Below are positions 43,570-51,506 of a stretch of 64,000 nt of DNA, one piece after another (the stretch's first letter is position 1; each line of letters starts with the position of its first letter). The DNA comes from Candidatus Lindowbacteria bacterium RIFCSPLOWO2_12_FULL_62_27. GTDB lineage: Bacteria > Lindowbacteria > 2-12-FULL-62-27. The notes under the pieces were generated by a model that was not told the DNA's origin, did no database searches, and saw only the letters and a program-made list of their open reading frames with translations. Where the stretch lies: positions 124,001-188,000 of the forward strand of contig MFPR01000026.1 in assembly GCA_001784175.1 (NCBI GenBank), read 5' to 3'. The position numbers and the translations under genes were made by a program.

Positions 43570-44195
43570 TGGGTCGCCACATCACGTCCGTCTGCGTGCT
43601 CTGCCGGCGCGAGCGTGTCAAGTTGTATCTCAAAGGCAACCGCTGTCTGACCTCCAAGTGCGCCATTGAGCAGAAGCGCCTCGGACCCGGTCAGCATGGC
43701 GCTGAGTTCAAAAAAGTGTCGGACTACGGCATGCAGCTTCGGGAAAAACAAAAATTGCGGCGATATTATCTCATGATGGAACGGCCCTTCCTCCGCCAGT
43801 TCATGCGCGCGGTGCGCACGAAGGGCAAGACCGGCGAGGTCTTTCTCCGTAACCTTGAATTGCGCCTCGATAGCGTTGTGTTCCGCCTCGGTCTCGCGCC
43901 CTCCCGGCGCGCCGCTCGGCAGATCATTTCCCATGGGCACGTCGCCATCAACAACCGCAAGGTCGACGTCCCTTCGGCCCAGCTTAGGGTGGGGGACGTC
44001 GTCAAGATTCGGGAGGGACACAACTTGCAGACGGTGAAGGGCAGCGTCGAGGCCGCCAAGCAGCGCAAGAGCGTGCCGGAATGGCTGGACCTCGCGCCGG
44101 AAAAATTGTCCGGCAAGGTTATTCGCCTGCCAGAGCGCACGGAAATCCCGGTGCCGGTCCAGGAACAGCAGATTGTCGAATTCTATTCTAAATAA
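43569..44195 (+). CDS. rpsD: 30S ribosomal protein S4
   Basis: CVLCRRE, QLREKQK, LELRLDSVVFR, IVEFYSK. Confidence 0.98.
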   Translation: MGRHITSVCVLCRRERVKLYLKGNRCLTSKCAIEQKRLGPGQHGAEFKKVSDYGMQLREKQKLRRYYLMMERPFLRQFMRAVRTKGKTGEVFLRNLELRLDSVVFRLGLAPSRRAARQIISHGHVAINNRKVDVPSAQLRVGDVVKIREGHNLQTVKGSVEAAKQRKSVPEWLDLAPEKLSGKVIRLPERTEIPVPVQEQQIVEFYSK

Positions 44196-44216
44196 AAATT
44201 AAGGAGGAGTTCAGGA

Positions 44217-45248
44217 ATGGCAAGTCCCAAATTTTTGTTGCGCGATATGGAAATGCCCAGGGGTGTGCGGGTGGTTCGGGAAGAGGCCGGCGACTTTGGT
44301 CGCTATGAAATTCAGCCGCTTGAGCGCGGTTTCGGCACGACGTTCGGAAACAGCATCCGCAGGGTGTTGCTCTCGTCCATCGTCGGCGCCGCGCCCTTCG
44401 CGGTCAAAATCTCGACCAAGAGCGGCGCCGCACTGCACGAGTTTGCAACCCTCAAAGGCGTCGTCACGGATACGCTCGACATTCTCTTCAATCTGAAATC
44501 TCTGCGGCTCCGAATGGACCAGGACGGCGTCGTGGTACTGAAGGCCGAAAAGTCGGGACCGGCGAAAATTCTCGGCAAGGACCTCGTGCCGGAGGACCGG
44601 TCCGTCGAAATTCTAAACGAGGATATGTTGATCGCCGAGGTCTCCGAGGGCGGACAGCTCAAGATCGAAATACAGACGCAACTCGGTCGCGGCTATGTGC
44701 CGGCCGAAAATCTCGACCGCAAGCTCGAGCCGGGATGGATCGCCATCGACAGCATCTACAGCCCGGTCGACCGCGTCAACTTCGAGGTCGAAAATACTCG
44801 CGTCGGGCAGATCACCGATTACGACAAGCTCATCATGGAAATCTGGACCGACGGCAGCATCACCCCCCGCGACGCGCTCGCGCACGCCGCCAAGGTCATC
44901 AAGGAGCACATGCAGCCGTTCATCAATTTCGAGGAGGAGGAGAAGATCCTCGATGAGGAAATCGAGCTGACGCCGGAGGAGAAGCAGCTTCAGAAAATTC
45001 TCTCCGTCAGCATCGAGGAACTTGAGCTGTCGGTCCGGTCCTACAACTGCTTGAAGAGCGCCAACATCCACGCGCTCGGAGAGCTTGCGACCAAAACCGA
45101 GGCCGAACTGCTGAAAACTAGAAACTTCGGACGCAAGTCCCTCATGGAAATCAAGGACAAGCTCCAGCAATACAACTTGGAACTCGGCATGAAGGGTGTC
45201 TCGCACCTCCTCGTCAAATCCCAGACGGCGGAAACGGTCGAAGCATGA
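44217..45248 (+). CDS. rpoA: RNA polymerase subunit alpha
   Basis: [39 protein letters not shown]. Confidence 0.98.
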   Translation: MASPKFLLRDMEMPRGVRVVREEAGDFGRYEIQPLERGFGTTFGNSIRRVLLSSIVGAAPFAVKISTKSGAALHEFATLKGVVTDTLDILFNLKSLRLRMDQDGVVVLKAEKSGPAKILGKDLVPEDRSVEILNEDMLIAEVSEGGQLKIEIQTQLGRGYVPAENLDRKLEPGWIAIDSIYSPVDRVNFEVENTRVGQITDYDKLIMEIWTDGSITPRDALAHAAKVIKEHMQPFINFEEEEKILDEEIELTPEEKQLQKILSVSIEELELSVRSYNCLKSANIHALGELATKTEAELLKTRNFGRKSLMEIKDKLQQYNLELGMKGVSHLLVKSQTAETVEA

Positions 45249-45595
45249 AGCATGGCAGGAAACTCGCCAAACTCGGCCGGCCGCGGGCGCTGCGCAAGGC
45301 GCTCCTCCGGGGCCTTGCCACCTCGCTCTTCAAGCACGGCCGCATCACGACCACACTGCCCAAGGCCAAGGGCCTCCGCCCGTACGCCGAACGGCTCCTG
45401 ACCCACGCGCGGCGCGGTACACTCCACGCGCGCCGCCTCGTCCGACGCGCGATTTCGGACCGCATTGTCCTCGCCAAACTCTTTAATGAGATCGCACCGA
45501 AATACAAGGAACGAAACGGCGGCTACACCCGCATCCTCCGCATCCAAAATCGCCTCGGAGACAACGCCACACAAGCCATCATAGAACTCGTTTAG
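45245..45595 (+). CDS. rplQ: 50S ribosomal protein L17
   Basis: [23 protein letters not shown]. Confidence 0.97.
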   Translation: MKHGRKLAKLGRPRALRKALLRGLATSLFKHGRITTTLPKAKGLRPYAERLLTHARRGTLHARRLVRRAISDRIVLAKLFNEIAPKYKERNGGYTRILRIQNRLGDNATQAIIELV

Positions 45596-45614
45596 ATTTG
45601 TAAGTCTCTAGAAC

Positions 45615-45699
45615 TGCCGGGAGGGAGATTTGAACTCCCACGAGGTTGCCCCCGCCAGCCCCTCAAGCTGGTGCGTCTGCCAAATTCCGCCATCCCGGC
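45615..45699 (-). tRNA. tRNA-Leu (anticodon GAG); integration target
   Basis: Reverse complement GCCGGGATGGCGGAATTTGGCAGACGCACCAGCTTGAGGGGCTGG...GTTCAAATC...CCCGGCA; long variable arm. Confidence 0.95.
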
Positions 45700-45701
45700 G
45701 C
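45658..45701. repeat. Left att core (44-bp direct repeat)
   Basis: GCCCCTCAAGCTGGTGCGTCTGCCAAATTCCGCCATCCCGGCGC, identical to 59320-59363. Confidence 0.95.
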
Positions 45702-45717
45702 GGTAGAAACTCAAAGC

Positions 45718-45745
45718 ATTATACACGGTCTACGTCTTTTCACAA
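45718..45745 (-). promoter_or_regulatory. Element-borne promoter pointing into tRNA-Leu
   Basis: Minus strand TTGTGA-N16-TATAAT; -10 ends 18 nt before the tRNA 5' end; -35 overlaps the integrase stop. Confidence 0.65.
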
Positions 45746-46942
45746 ACCGGCTTGATGCAAATTTGATGGAAGTTTCTGCGCCCGCAATCTATCCAAGTAG
45801 TCATCAAATTTCACCATGTCCTCCTTCATCGTCGTATCATGAATCACGTAATAGCGGCTGGTAACGTCTTTCTTTCTTCGTCCATGTCCGAGGATGGAAC
45901 GTAGAACCAGCTCCCGACCACCAGCGTTAGCGAAGCACGTTGCAAACGTGTGGCGGAAATCGTGCGTTCGGTAATTGAACTCCTCCGGGTTCATCGCCGC
46001 CCTGATGATTGCAGGCTCGAAAATATGCCGCCCCTTTTTCAGCATCTCGTGATAACGATAGTCGAACGTATCATAACTCCCGTAGTTCTGTCCTCGGTCG
46101 TTCGTGACTACGAATTCGGACATACTGATTACCTTACCCGACAGATAGGGTTCAAGATGGCGTGAAATCGGGACAATCCGATTGCTTCCCCATTTCGGCT
46201 GTCTTGTGCTGGTGTTGTGTGGGTCGCCCCGCTTGTTCATCCACTGCCCTGCGATTCGAAGACAATTGTTCTTCCTATCGACGTACCTCCATTTCAGACC
46301 GAATGATTCACCCAGTCTCAGTCCCGCGAAACAACCAAGCGCAATGACCAACTTCGTAGGTAGTGGAGGCAAATCCAAATCGAGCAGTGCGAACAATTCG
46401 CTGGGCAGTAGCGCAACGTCGACGTAATCGTTCGTCTGCAAGCGTCCGTGCAATGTCACAGGATTGACCCGTGCCGCGTTTTCTCGGATTGCAAGTTTGA
46501 AAGCTAAACCGAGAGCCGTGAGATAGCCGTTGATCGTTGATGGCATCCTCCCTTTTTTCAAAAGAGACTCGACAAATCGTGCCACGTGCTCTTTTGTATC
46601 AATGACTGCCACTGGTTCGTTCCTCCCGAAAAACTCGGCGGCCTCGCTCAAGCTATGAATGTTGCTCTGCGCCACCACCGGATGAAGTTTTCCAGCGGCA
46701 ACCCTTCCGTCCCTCTCCTCCTTGAAAGGCTTCATCAGTTCCGACCACGTCATCCGACGAAAAGGTTCAGACCCGTGCAATTCAATGGTGCGAAGTCGGA
46801 CAAGAAAGTCCTGAAGATATCGTTCCGCCTGCCGTCGGTCGGCGCATCCCGTCGAATGATACGACCAGCGACCTCGTAATGGATGTCGATAGTAAATATG
46901 GTATGTCCCGCCTTTTCCACGCTTGCAAAGTTTCGCCCTCAT
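45740..46942 (-). CDS. Tyrosine integrase
   Basis: GLRLGE (R), HDFRH (HxxR), LGH, RYY; N-terminal arm-binding-like region; adjacent to att. Confidence 0.93.
   Translation of the reverse strand: MRAKLCKRGKGGTYHIYYRHPLRGRWSYHSTGCADRRQAERYLQDFLVRLRTIELHGSEPFRRMTWSELMKPFKEERDGRVAAGKLHPVVAQSNIHSLSEAAEFFGRNEPVAVIDTKEHVARFVESLLKKGRMPSTINGYLTALGLAFKLAIRENAARVNPVTLHGRLQTNDYVDVALLPSELFALLDLDLPPLPTKLVIALGCFAGLRLGESFGLKWRYVDRKNNCLRIAGQWMNKRGDPHNTSTRQPKWGSNRIVPISRHLEPYLSGKVISMSEFVVTNDRGQNYGSYDTFDYRYHEMLKKGRHIFEPAIIRAAMNPEEFNYRTHDFRHTFATCFANAGGRELVLRSILGHGRRKKDVTSRYYVIHDTTMKEDMVKFDDYLDRLRAQKLPSNLHQAGL
45752..45770. promoter_or_regulatory. Putative integrase arm-type sites (left)
   Basis: TTGATGCAAATTTGATGGA, 18/19 identical to 59169-59187. 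Confidence 0.65.
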
Positions 46943-46943
46943 C

Positions 46944-47429
46944 TCACGCCGCCTCTCTGAGCGTCGGTCGAAGGGTTCGGCGGCCCTTTGTCATCAAGCC
47001 ATCAATCCAACTGTTGATATCGGTCAGCCGAAAGCGGACAAAATTGCCGATGTGGAAATTCGGGATATAGTTCTTGGATACCCATCCCTGAATAGTTCGG
47101 GGAGATACATTAAAGAATTTGGCAACTGTTTCCGTGTCCATGATGTCGGTGTCCACGTCGACCGAGTACCGCATTTGCTCGGCAGAAGCAAATCGACCAA
47201 CTGGATGTCTCTGATACCAACCGTTATCCGAAAGCGTTCGCACAACGCCTTTGAATTGAACGTCGTCGAGCGTATCACCCTGCACGCCCAGACGCCGCCA
47301 CGCATCGTCAACGTCCGCTTCGAATAAAAGAGCCGCCCTCGAATCCAATTTCTTGAACTCAAAAAACTCTTCGACATCGCGGCGGCTGTGTTCTACCGAA
47401 TTCTTTTCTTTCTCTTTTTTCTGAGACAT
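46944..47429 (-). CDS. Excisionase-like HTH protein
   Basis: C-terminal MDTETVAKFFNVSPRTIQGWV...IP...IG..VRF...DINSWI; directly upstream of the integrase. Confidence 0.8.
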   Translation of the reverse strand: MSQKKEKEKNSVEHSRRDVEEFFEFKKLDSRAALLFEADVDDAWRRLGVQGDTLDDVQFKGVVRTLSDNGWYQRHPVGRFASAEQMRYSVDVDTDIMDTETVAKFFNVSPRTIQGWVSKNYIPNFHIGNFVRFRLTDINSWIDGLMTKGRRTLRPTLREAA

Positions 47430-47580
47430 GCTCCCACCTTCCACCCCACGTATGTGGGTGTCGGTTGGAGATCGTCACTGCGAATAAAATTTATCGGCTC
47501 GCCCCGGCGTAACCGGGTTTCAAGCGCAGACCTCTTCGTTCCCGGCCACGCCGGGATTAAAATCTATTCCCTATTTCCCC

Positions 47581-48057
47581 CTACCCCACTCCCCTCGCCC
47601 GACCAAACGGCGTGAGCCATACCTCTCCGCTCTCCACGCACGTCGGTTTTGGCGTGGACGGCTGGATACTCTGGCATACCGTCTGCTCGCTTTCTTTCTG
47701 CGTTGTCGATGGCGGTATTTCCTTCCCCCACCGTTTTAGTGCTTTCATGCGATTCTGCTCTCGCCGTGCGTCTAGCTTCGCCTCCGCCTCCCGACACCGT
47801 TCGCCGAGATACCACTCCATTCCAGAGACGAGGATTCGCACCTGACCGCCTTGATGGTGGACGGGCAACGACTTCTCTCTATGCCATTTCTTCAAGCACG
47901 AAATACTCAGGCGGCAATACGTGGCGATTGCAATCCATCCGACCAACTCAGGCGGGCGGACATACCGCGTCTTGGGCACTGGCGGTTCTGGCCGCCTGAG
48001 TTTTCGGATGTCTCGTTTAATCTCCCGTAGTTCTTCGCGGGGCATTTTCTCAGTCAT
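47581..48057 (-). CDS. HTH DNA-binding protein
   Basis: LVGWIAIATYCRLSISCLKKWHREKSLPV, a Xis/MerR-like HTH pattern. Confidence 0.6.
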   Translation of the reverse strand: MTEKMPREELREIKRDIRKLRRPEPPVPKTRYVRPPELVGWIAIATYCRLSISCLKKWHREKSLPVHHQGGQVRILVSGMEWYLGERCREAEAKLDARREQNRMKALKRWGKEIPPSTTQKESEQTVCQSIQPSTPKPTCVESGEVWLTPFGRARGVG

Positions 48058-48170
48058 TCTTGCCGCCACAAAATGAAGTCGAGCCTGAAGTCGACTTCCG
48101 TTCGGCGTGGGCGGGTGAAGTCGGCTTCGGCTCGGTCGGCGAGAGATGGAAGCGGGCGGGCATGTTCAAT

Positions 48171-49970
48171 CTACCAGCGACGTTTGTTGGTCTGTGCATT
48201 CCGAAGAGCATCCTTCTCGTCGTCGGTCAATTCTCGAAATTTCGCCTTGTCGCCTTCGAAATACAACTTCGTCTGACCGCCGGGATTGTTTCGAGACAGC
48301 ACCACACGCACGAGCGTCACAGGCGAGAGAATCTCCTGCGTGTCTTGATATTCGTTCTGATCGTCGTTGACCGTGATCCGACGGTGGAGAATAACGGCGG
48401 TGTCACAGTCTGTCGCCAGACTCGACGAGTCCCTCATGTCCTCAGCTTCGATGATTTTGTCGGCGTCGGTCTTTCGAGTCTGGACGATCACCATGATTGG
48501 TATGCCCAGTTCCATCGCCAAGAGTTTGAAATCCTTGCTTACCGCCCCCGTCTCCTGCGTGACATAGCGTGGATCACGGACGAGAAATTGAAGATTGTCG
48601 AAAACGACAAATTCTATTCCGTACCGTTTGACTGCGGCGCGAATTGTATTCATGACACCTTCGCGTGTTACTCCCAGCGTGTTGAATCCAAAATACAGCG
48701 GCACATCCACAAGCTCGGCTAAACATTGCGATGCTCGACGGTGGTCGATTTCGGATTCTGTGATCCCATATTCCATTTGAAGCGTGCGCTTCACCAAAGC
48801 CACGGGCGGCATTTCAAGACAGTAGACGAGAACGGGAACAGGCGGGTCTCTACGAACAAGATTCCACGCAATGTTGATGGTCATGGTTGTCTTGCCGACC
48901 TTTGGTTTCGCCGATACCATAATCACATCGCCAGCTTTCATTTTGCCCATGATGCGATTCACATTTTCCCACGGAGTTTCAAGACCAATGCCGTCACCAA
49001 CAATTGTGTTCTCCAGAACCTGCTCCATCGCTTGAGTGTGACTCACAATATTCTGGACTTCGGGTTGCTTGGCAGAGTCCAACAAATCGGACAGTTTGAT
49101 TCCCTTTTGCAGAGCCTCATTTGCATCGTTGATCCCGTCTGGGAAATTCACGATGAAGCATCGGGAGATGTCAAGACGGTCGGCGAGTTTCCCGACGGCC
49201 TTTCGACCCGGCGCATCGTTGTCATATGCGAGATAAATCTTTTTCATATCCTTGAGTTGATCGAGCCACTCTGCGGCGAATCCTTCGCACCCTGTCGTCG
49301 ACGACACAACACTTTTTACTCCGTTCTGCCACCATGACATCGCACAAAATTCGCCCTCCGCGATCACCACTGACTCACAATCTTCTTTCAGGGCTACATC
49401 GGCATGGAAAAGAATACTCTTGCATCCAGTGATTCGTCGAAAACGTGCCTCGGCGTCGGTAGCGATAATCCTCCGATATTTCACGTTGACCAATTTCTCG
49501 TCCTCAAAGTGTGGGATGGCGATCCACTCGTCGCCTTTGACATCTACCTCCAAGCCCAGCGCAAAATACGATATTGTTTCGTCGTTCAGCCCACGACTAT
49601 GAAGATAATCCATCCCTCGGCGAGAACTTGCCAATCTCTTCTGCGCCTCAGTGACATCAAACTTCGGCGTTACATACTTTACCCTGCCCGCGACATTCCC
49701 TACCGAAGCCACCTGTCCGTTTCTCCGGAATCTCTGTCCAAGCGTAATGAGGTTTCCCTTTTCGCCGCACACTTTGCAATCCCACTGTCCGTTTAAGCGA
49801 TTCATATACATTTTCCAGTTGGTATTTCCGCAAAACGGACACGTCTGGATCACGAATTGATCGCCTGTCCCACCTTTGTAATTGACCCCGTGCGTCCGAA
49901 GAAAATTTTCTGGTGTCTCGTTCACAACATTGTGCCGCAAATCTCTTGGCGCAGTTACCTCATTGCTCAT
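48171..49970 (-). CDS. T7 gp4/Twinkle-like primase-helicase
   Basis: Zn finger CPFC...CKVC, TOPRIM (AEGEF, YDND), SF4 helicase Walker A AKPKVGKTT, FDNLQ, RDSSSL. Confidence 0.9.
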   Translation of the reverse strand: MSNEVTAPRDLRHNVVNETPENFLRTHGVNYKGGTGDQFVIQTCPFCGNTNWKMYMNRLNGQWDCKVCGEKGNLITLGQRFRRNGQVASVGNVAGRVKYVTPKFDVTEAQKRLASSRRGMDYLHSRGLNDETISYFALGLEVDVKGDEWIAIPHFEDEKLVNVKYRRIIATDAEARFRRITGCKSILFHADVALKEDCESVVIAEGEFCAMSWWQNGVKSVVSSTTGCEGFAAEWLDQLKDMKKIYLAYDNDAPGRKAVGKLADRLDISRCFIVNFPDGINDANEALQKGIKLSDLLDSAKQPEVQNIVSHTQAMEQVLENTIVGDGIGLETPWENVNRIMGKMKAGDVIMVSAKPKVGKTTMTINIAWNLVRRDPPVPVLVYCLEMPPVALVKRTLQMEYGITESEIDHRRASQCLAELVDVPLYFGFNTLGVTREGVMNTIRAAVKRYGIEFVVFDNLQFLVRDPRYVTQETGAVSKDFKLLAMELGIPIMVIVQTRKTDADKIIEAEDMRDSSSLATDCDTAVILHRRITVNDDQNEYQDTQEILSPVTLVRVVLSRNNPGGQTKLYFEGDKAKFRELTDDEKDALRNAQTNKRRW

Positions 49971-49971
49971 A

Positions 49972-50925
49972 CTACCGCCCCCTCGCCGCCTCTTGGCGAT
50001 CTTTGTGAAGTTTTTTCAGTGCCAGTGCCTCAGCATCTGGCATTCTCGGCGGCCTTGAATTGCCGCCCACATATTTCTTTCCGGGGTCCCACCGATTGTT
50101 GTCCAGCCCACAGAGATGGTCTGGGTCAGATAAAAACCATTCCAATGATGTCTTGGGTTCTTTATTCAGAATGAAATCATTTGTCGCCATTCTAACGAAT
50201 AGTTCCCGCCATTCGGCAAGTGTGAGTCTCGCTATCCGCGCCGTGTCCAGACACTGTTTTCGTTTCGTTCGACCGATTCCAAATCGCGATGCCATCTTGG
50301 GCATGATTTCGTTCCATAAATCCTGCAAAATCCCCAAATCCGTTACGGGTCGCTTACCATCGTCCACGAAGTCGACTTCGCCAACCGGCGGCACACCTTG
50401 GGGTAGGTCGATTTTTATCTTTTCTCCAGAAGAGGGGGGTTCCAAAAAGTCGCCGTCCGACCGACGGTCATTCTCTTCTATACTATTCTCTTCTATTCTA
50501 TAGGGGGCTGACATCATGCTGACATCATGTATGACGCTGTCGTTGCCTTTGTTCTTTTTCCGATATTTTTTACTGGCTTCCCGCCAGTGTTGTCTCGTCG
50601 TTTTCCGACTTTCCAAGAAATCGTGATAAAAATCCCATTCCTCCCTCGGTAACCGAAAACGGTCACCATCTTTCTCCAAGAAGCCGACCTTGCCCATGTC
50701 TTCGAATATGCCCTGTAAGTCCATGGCAAATATTTCTCTCGCAAGAACTTCGAGGGACAATTCAGGCAAATATCCGGCATCGCTATTTTCGTTGAGCCAG
50801 TCGTGCAGAATGTGAACGAGCGCAAGTGATTCGAGCTTACTGATGCTACGAATCGTGGCAAGTTTCACTGTGCGGAGGTCATGGTCGAGTCCGTATCTGG
50901 ACGGACGCCAGTCATCGCGCTTCAT
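49972..50925 (-). CDS. Phage-type replication initiator (replisome organiser-like)
   Basis: SD GGAGGT; wHTH-like N-terminus, basic helix, IEENSIEEN linker; directly upstream of the primase-helicase. Confidence 0.6.
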   Translation of the reverse strand: MKRDDWRPSRYGLDHDLRTVKLATIRSISKLESLALVHILHDWLNENSDAGYLPELSLEVLAREIFAMDLQGIFEDMGKVGFLEKDGDRFRLPREEWDFYHDFLESRKTTRQHWREASKKYRKKNKGNDSVIHDVSMMSAPYRIEENSIEENDRRSDGDFLEPPSSGEKIKIDLPQGVPPVGEVDFVDDGKRPVTDLGILQDLWNEIMPKMASRFGIGRTKRKQCLDTARIARLTLAEWRELFVRMATNDFILNKEPKTSLEWFLSDPDHLCGLDNNRWDPGKKYVGGNSRPPRMPDAEALALKKLHKDRQEAARGR

Positions 50926-51082
50926 ATTGACCTCCGTTACTTGCAGAGGGGACTCCACGACTCAGGTGGGTTGGTGCACTGAAAAATTCTACGAGATAAG
51001 GGGACACGTACCGCCGCATGTAAATCACGCTCCTAAACCATATTGGTCGACTCCTTCTCCGATTTTTTGCTTCTTATCCCAC

Positions 51083-51133
51083 AAAAAACCCGGCTGTCTT
51101 GGGTGCTCACGACAAGGCGTGAGACAGCTCGGG
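51083..51133 (-). terminator. Intrinsic terminator/attenuator in the replication operon leader
   Basis: Minus strand CCCG-A-GCTGTCT...AGACAGC-CGGG-TTTTTT. Confidence 0.65.
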
Positions 51134-51193
51134 GTCAAGCATGAATTCTGAATTTGATCTTCGTGAACACCCTGTTTCTTTTGCTACGATCAG

Positions 51194-51222
51194 AGTGTTA
51201 CAAATCGAAGCGCGGTTGTCAA
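51194..51222 (-). promoter_or_regulatory. Candidate promoter of the replication operon
   Basis: Minus strand TTGACA with weak -10 (TAACAC or AACACT) at 16-17 nt; AT-rich upstream. Confidence 0.4.
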
Positions 51223-51335
51223 TACAAATCAAAAAATATATTTTTGTAACCCCATGATATAGAATGACTTGACATTTTGAAAACGACTCCCTCGCCCTCG
51301 CCGCTCCCGCTCCCGCCTCGACCTCCTCCGCCGAG

Positions 51336-51369
51336 AAAAAAACAAGCGGGTCGTGTGAACCCGCTTGTT
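51336..51369 (-). terminator. Rho-independent terminator of the cargo operon
   Basis: AACAAGCGGGT-TCACACG-ACCCGCTTGTT followed by a T-run on the minus strand. Confidence 0.85.
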
Positions 51370-51407
51370 CCCATGCGCTGACAGGCGTTCGTTCCAATAT
51401 CTTACTA

Positions 51408-51506
51408 TCAAATTTTGTCAGCGAATAAAACCTCCGCAATCTGTGCCGTTCGCCGCCGCTTTTTTGTTTCGGCGCAGAACGGACATGTCTTCGTGTCGTC
51501 GCTCAT
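51408..51506 (-). pseudogene. Zinc-ribbon protein remnant
   Basis: MSDDTKTCPFCAET start coupled by ATGA overlap; second CxxC missing; 32 codons. Confidence 0.45.
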
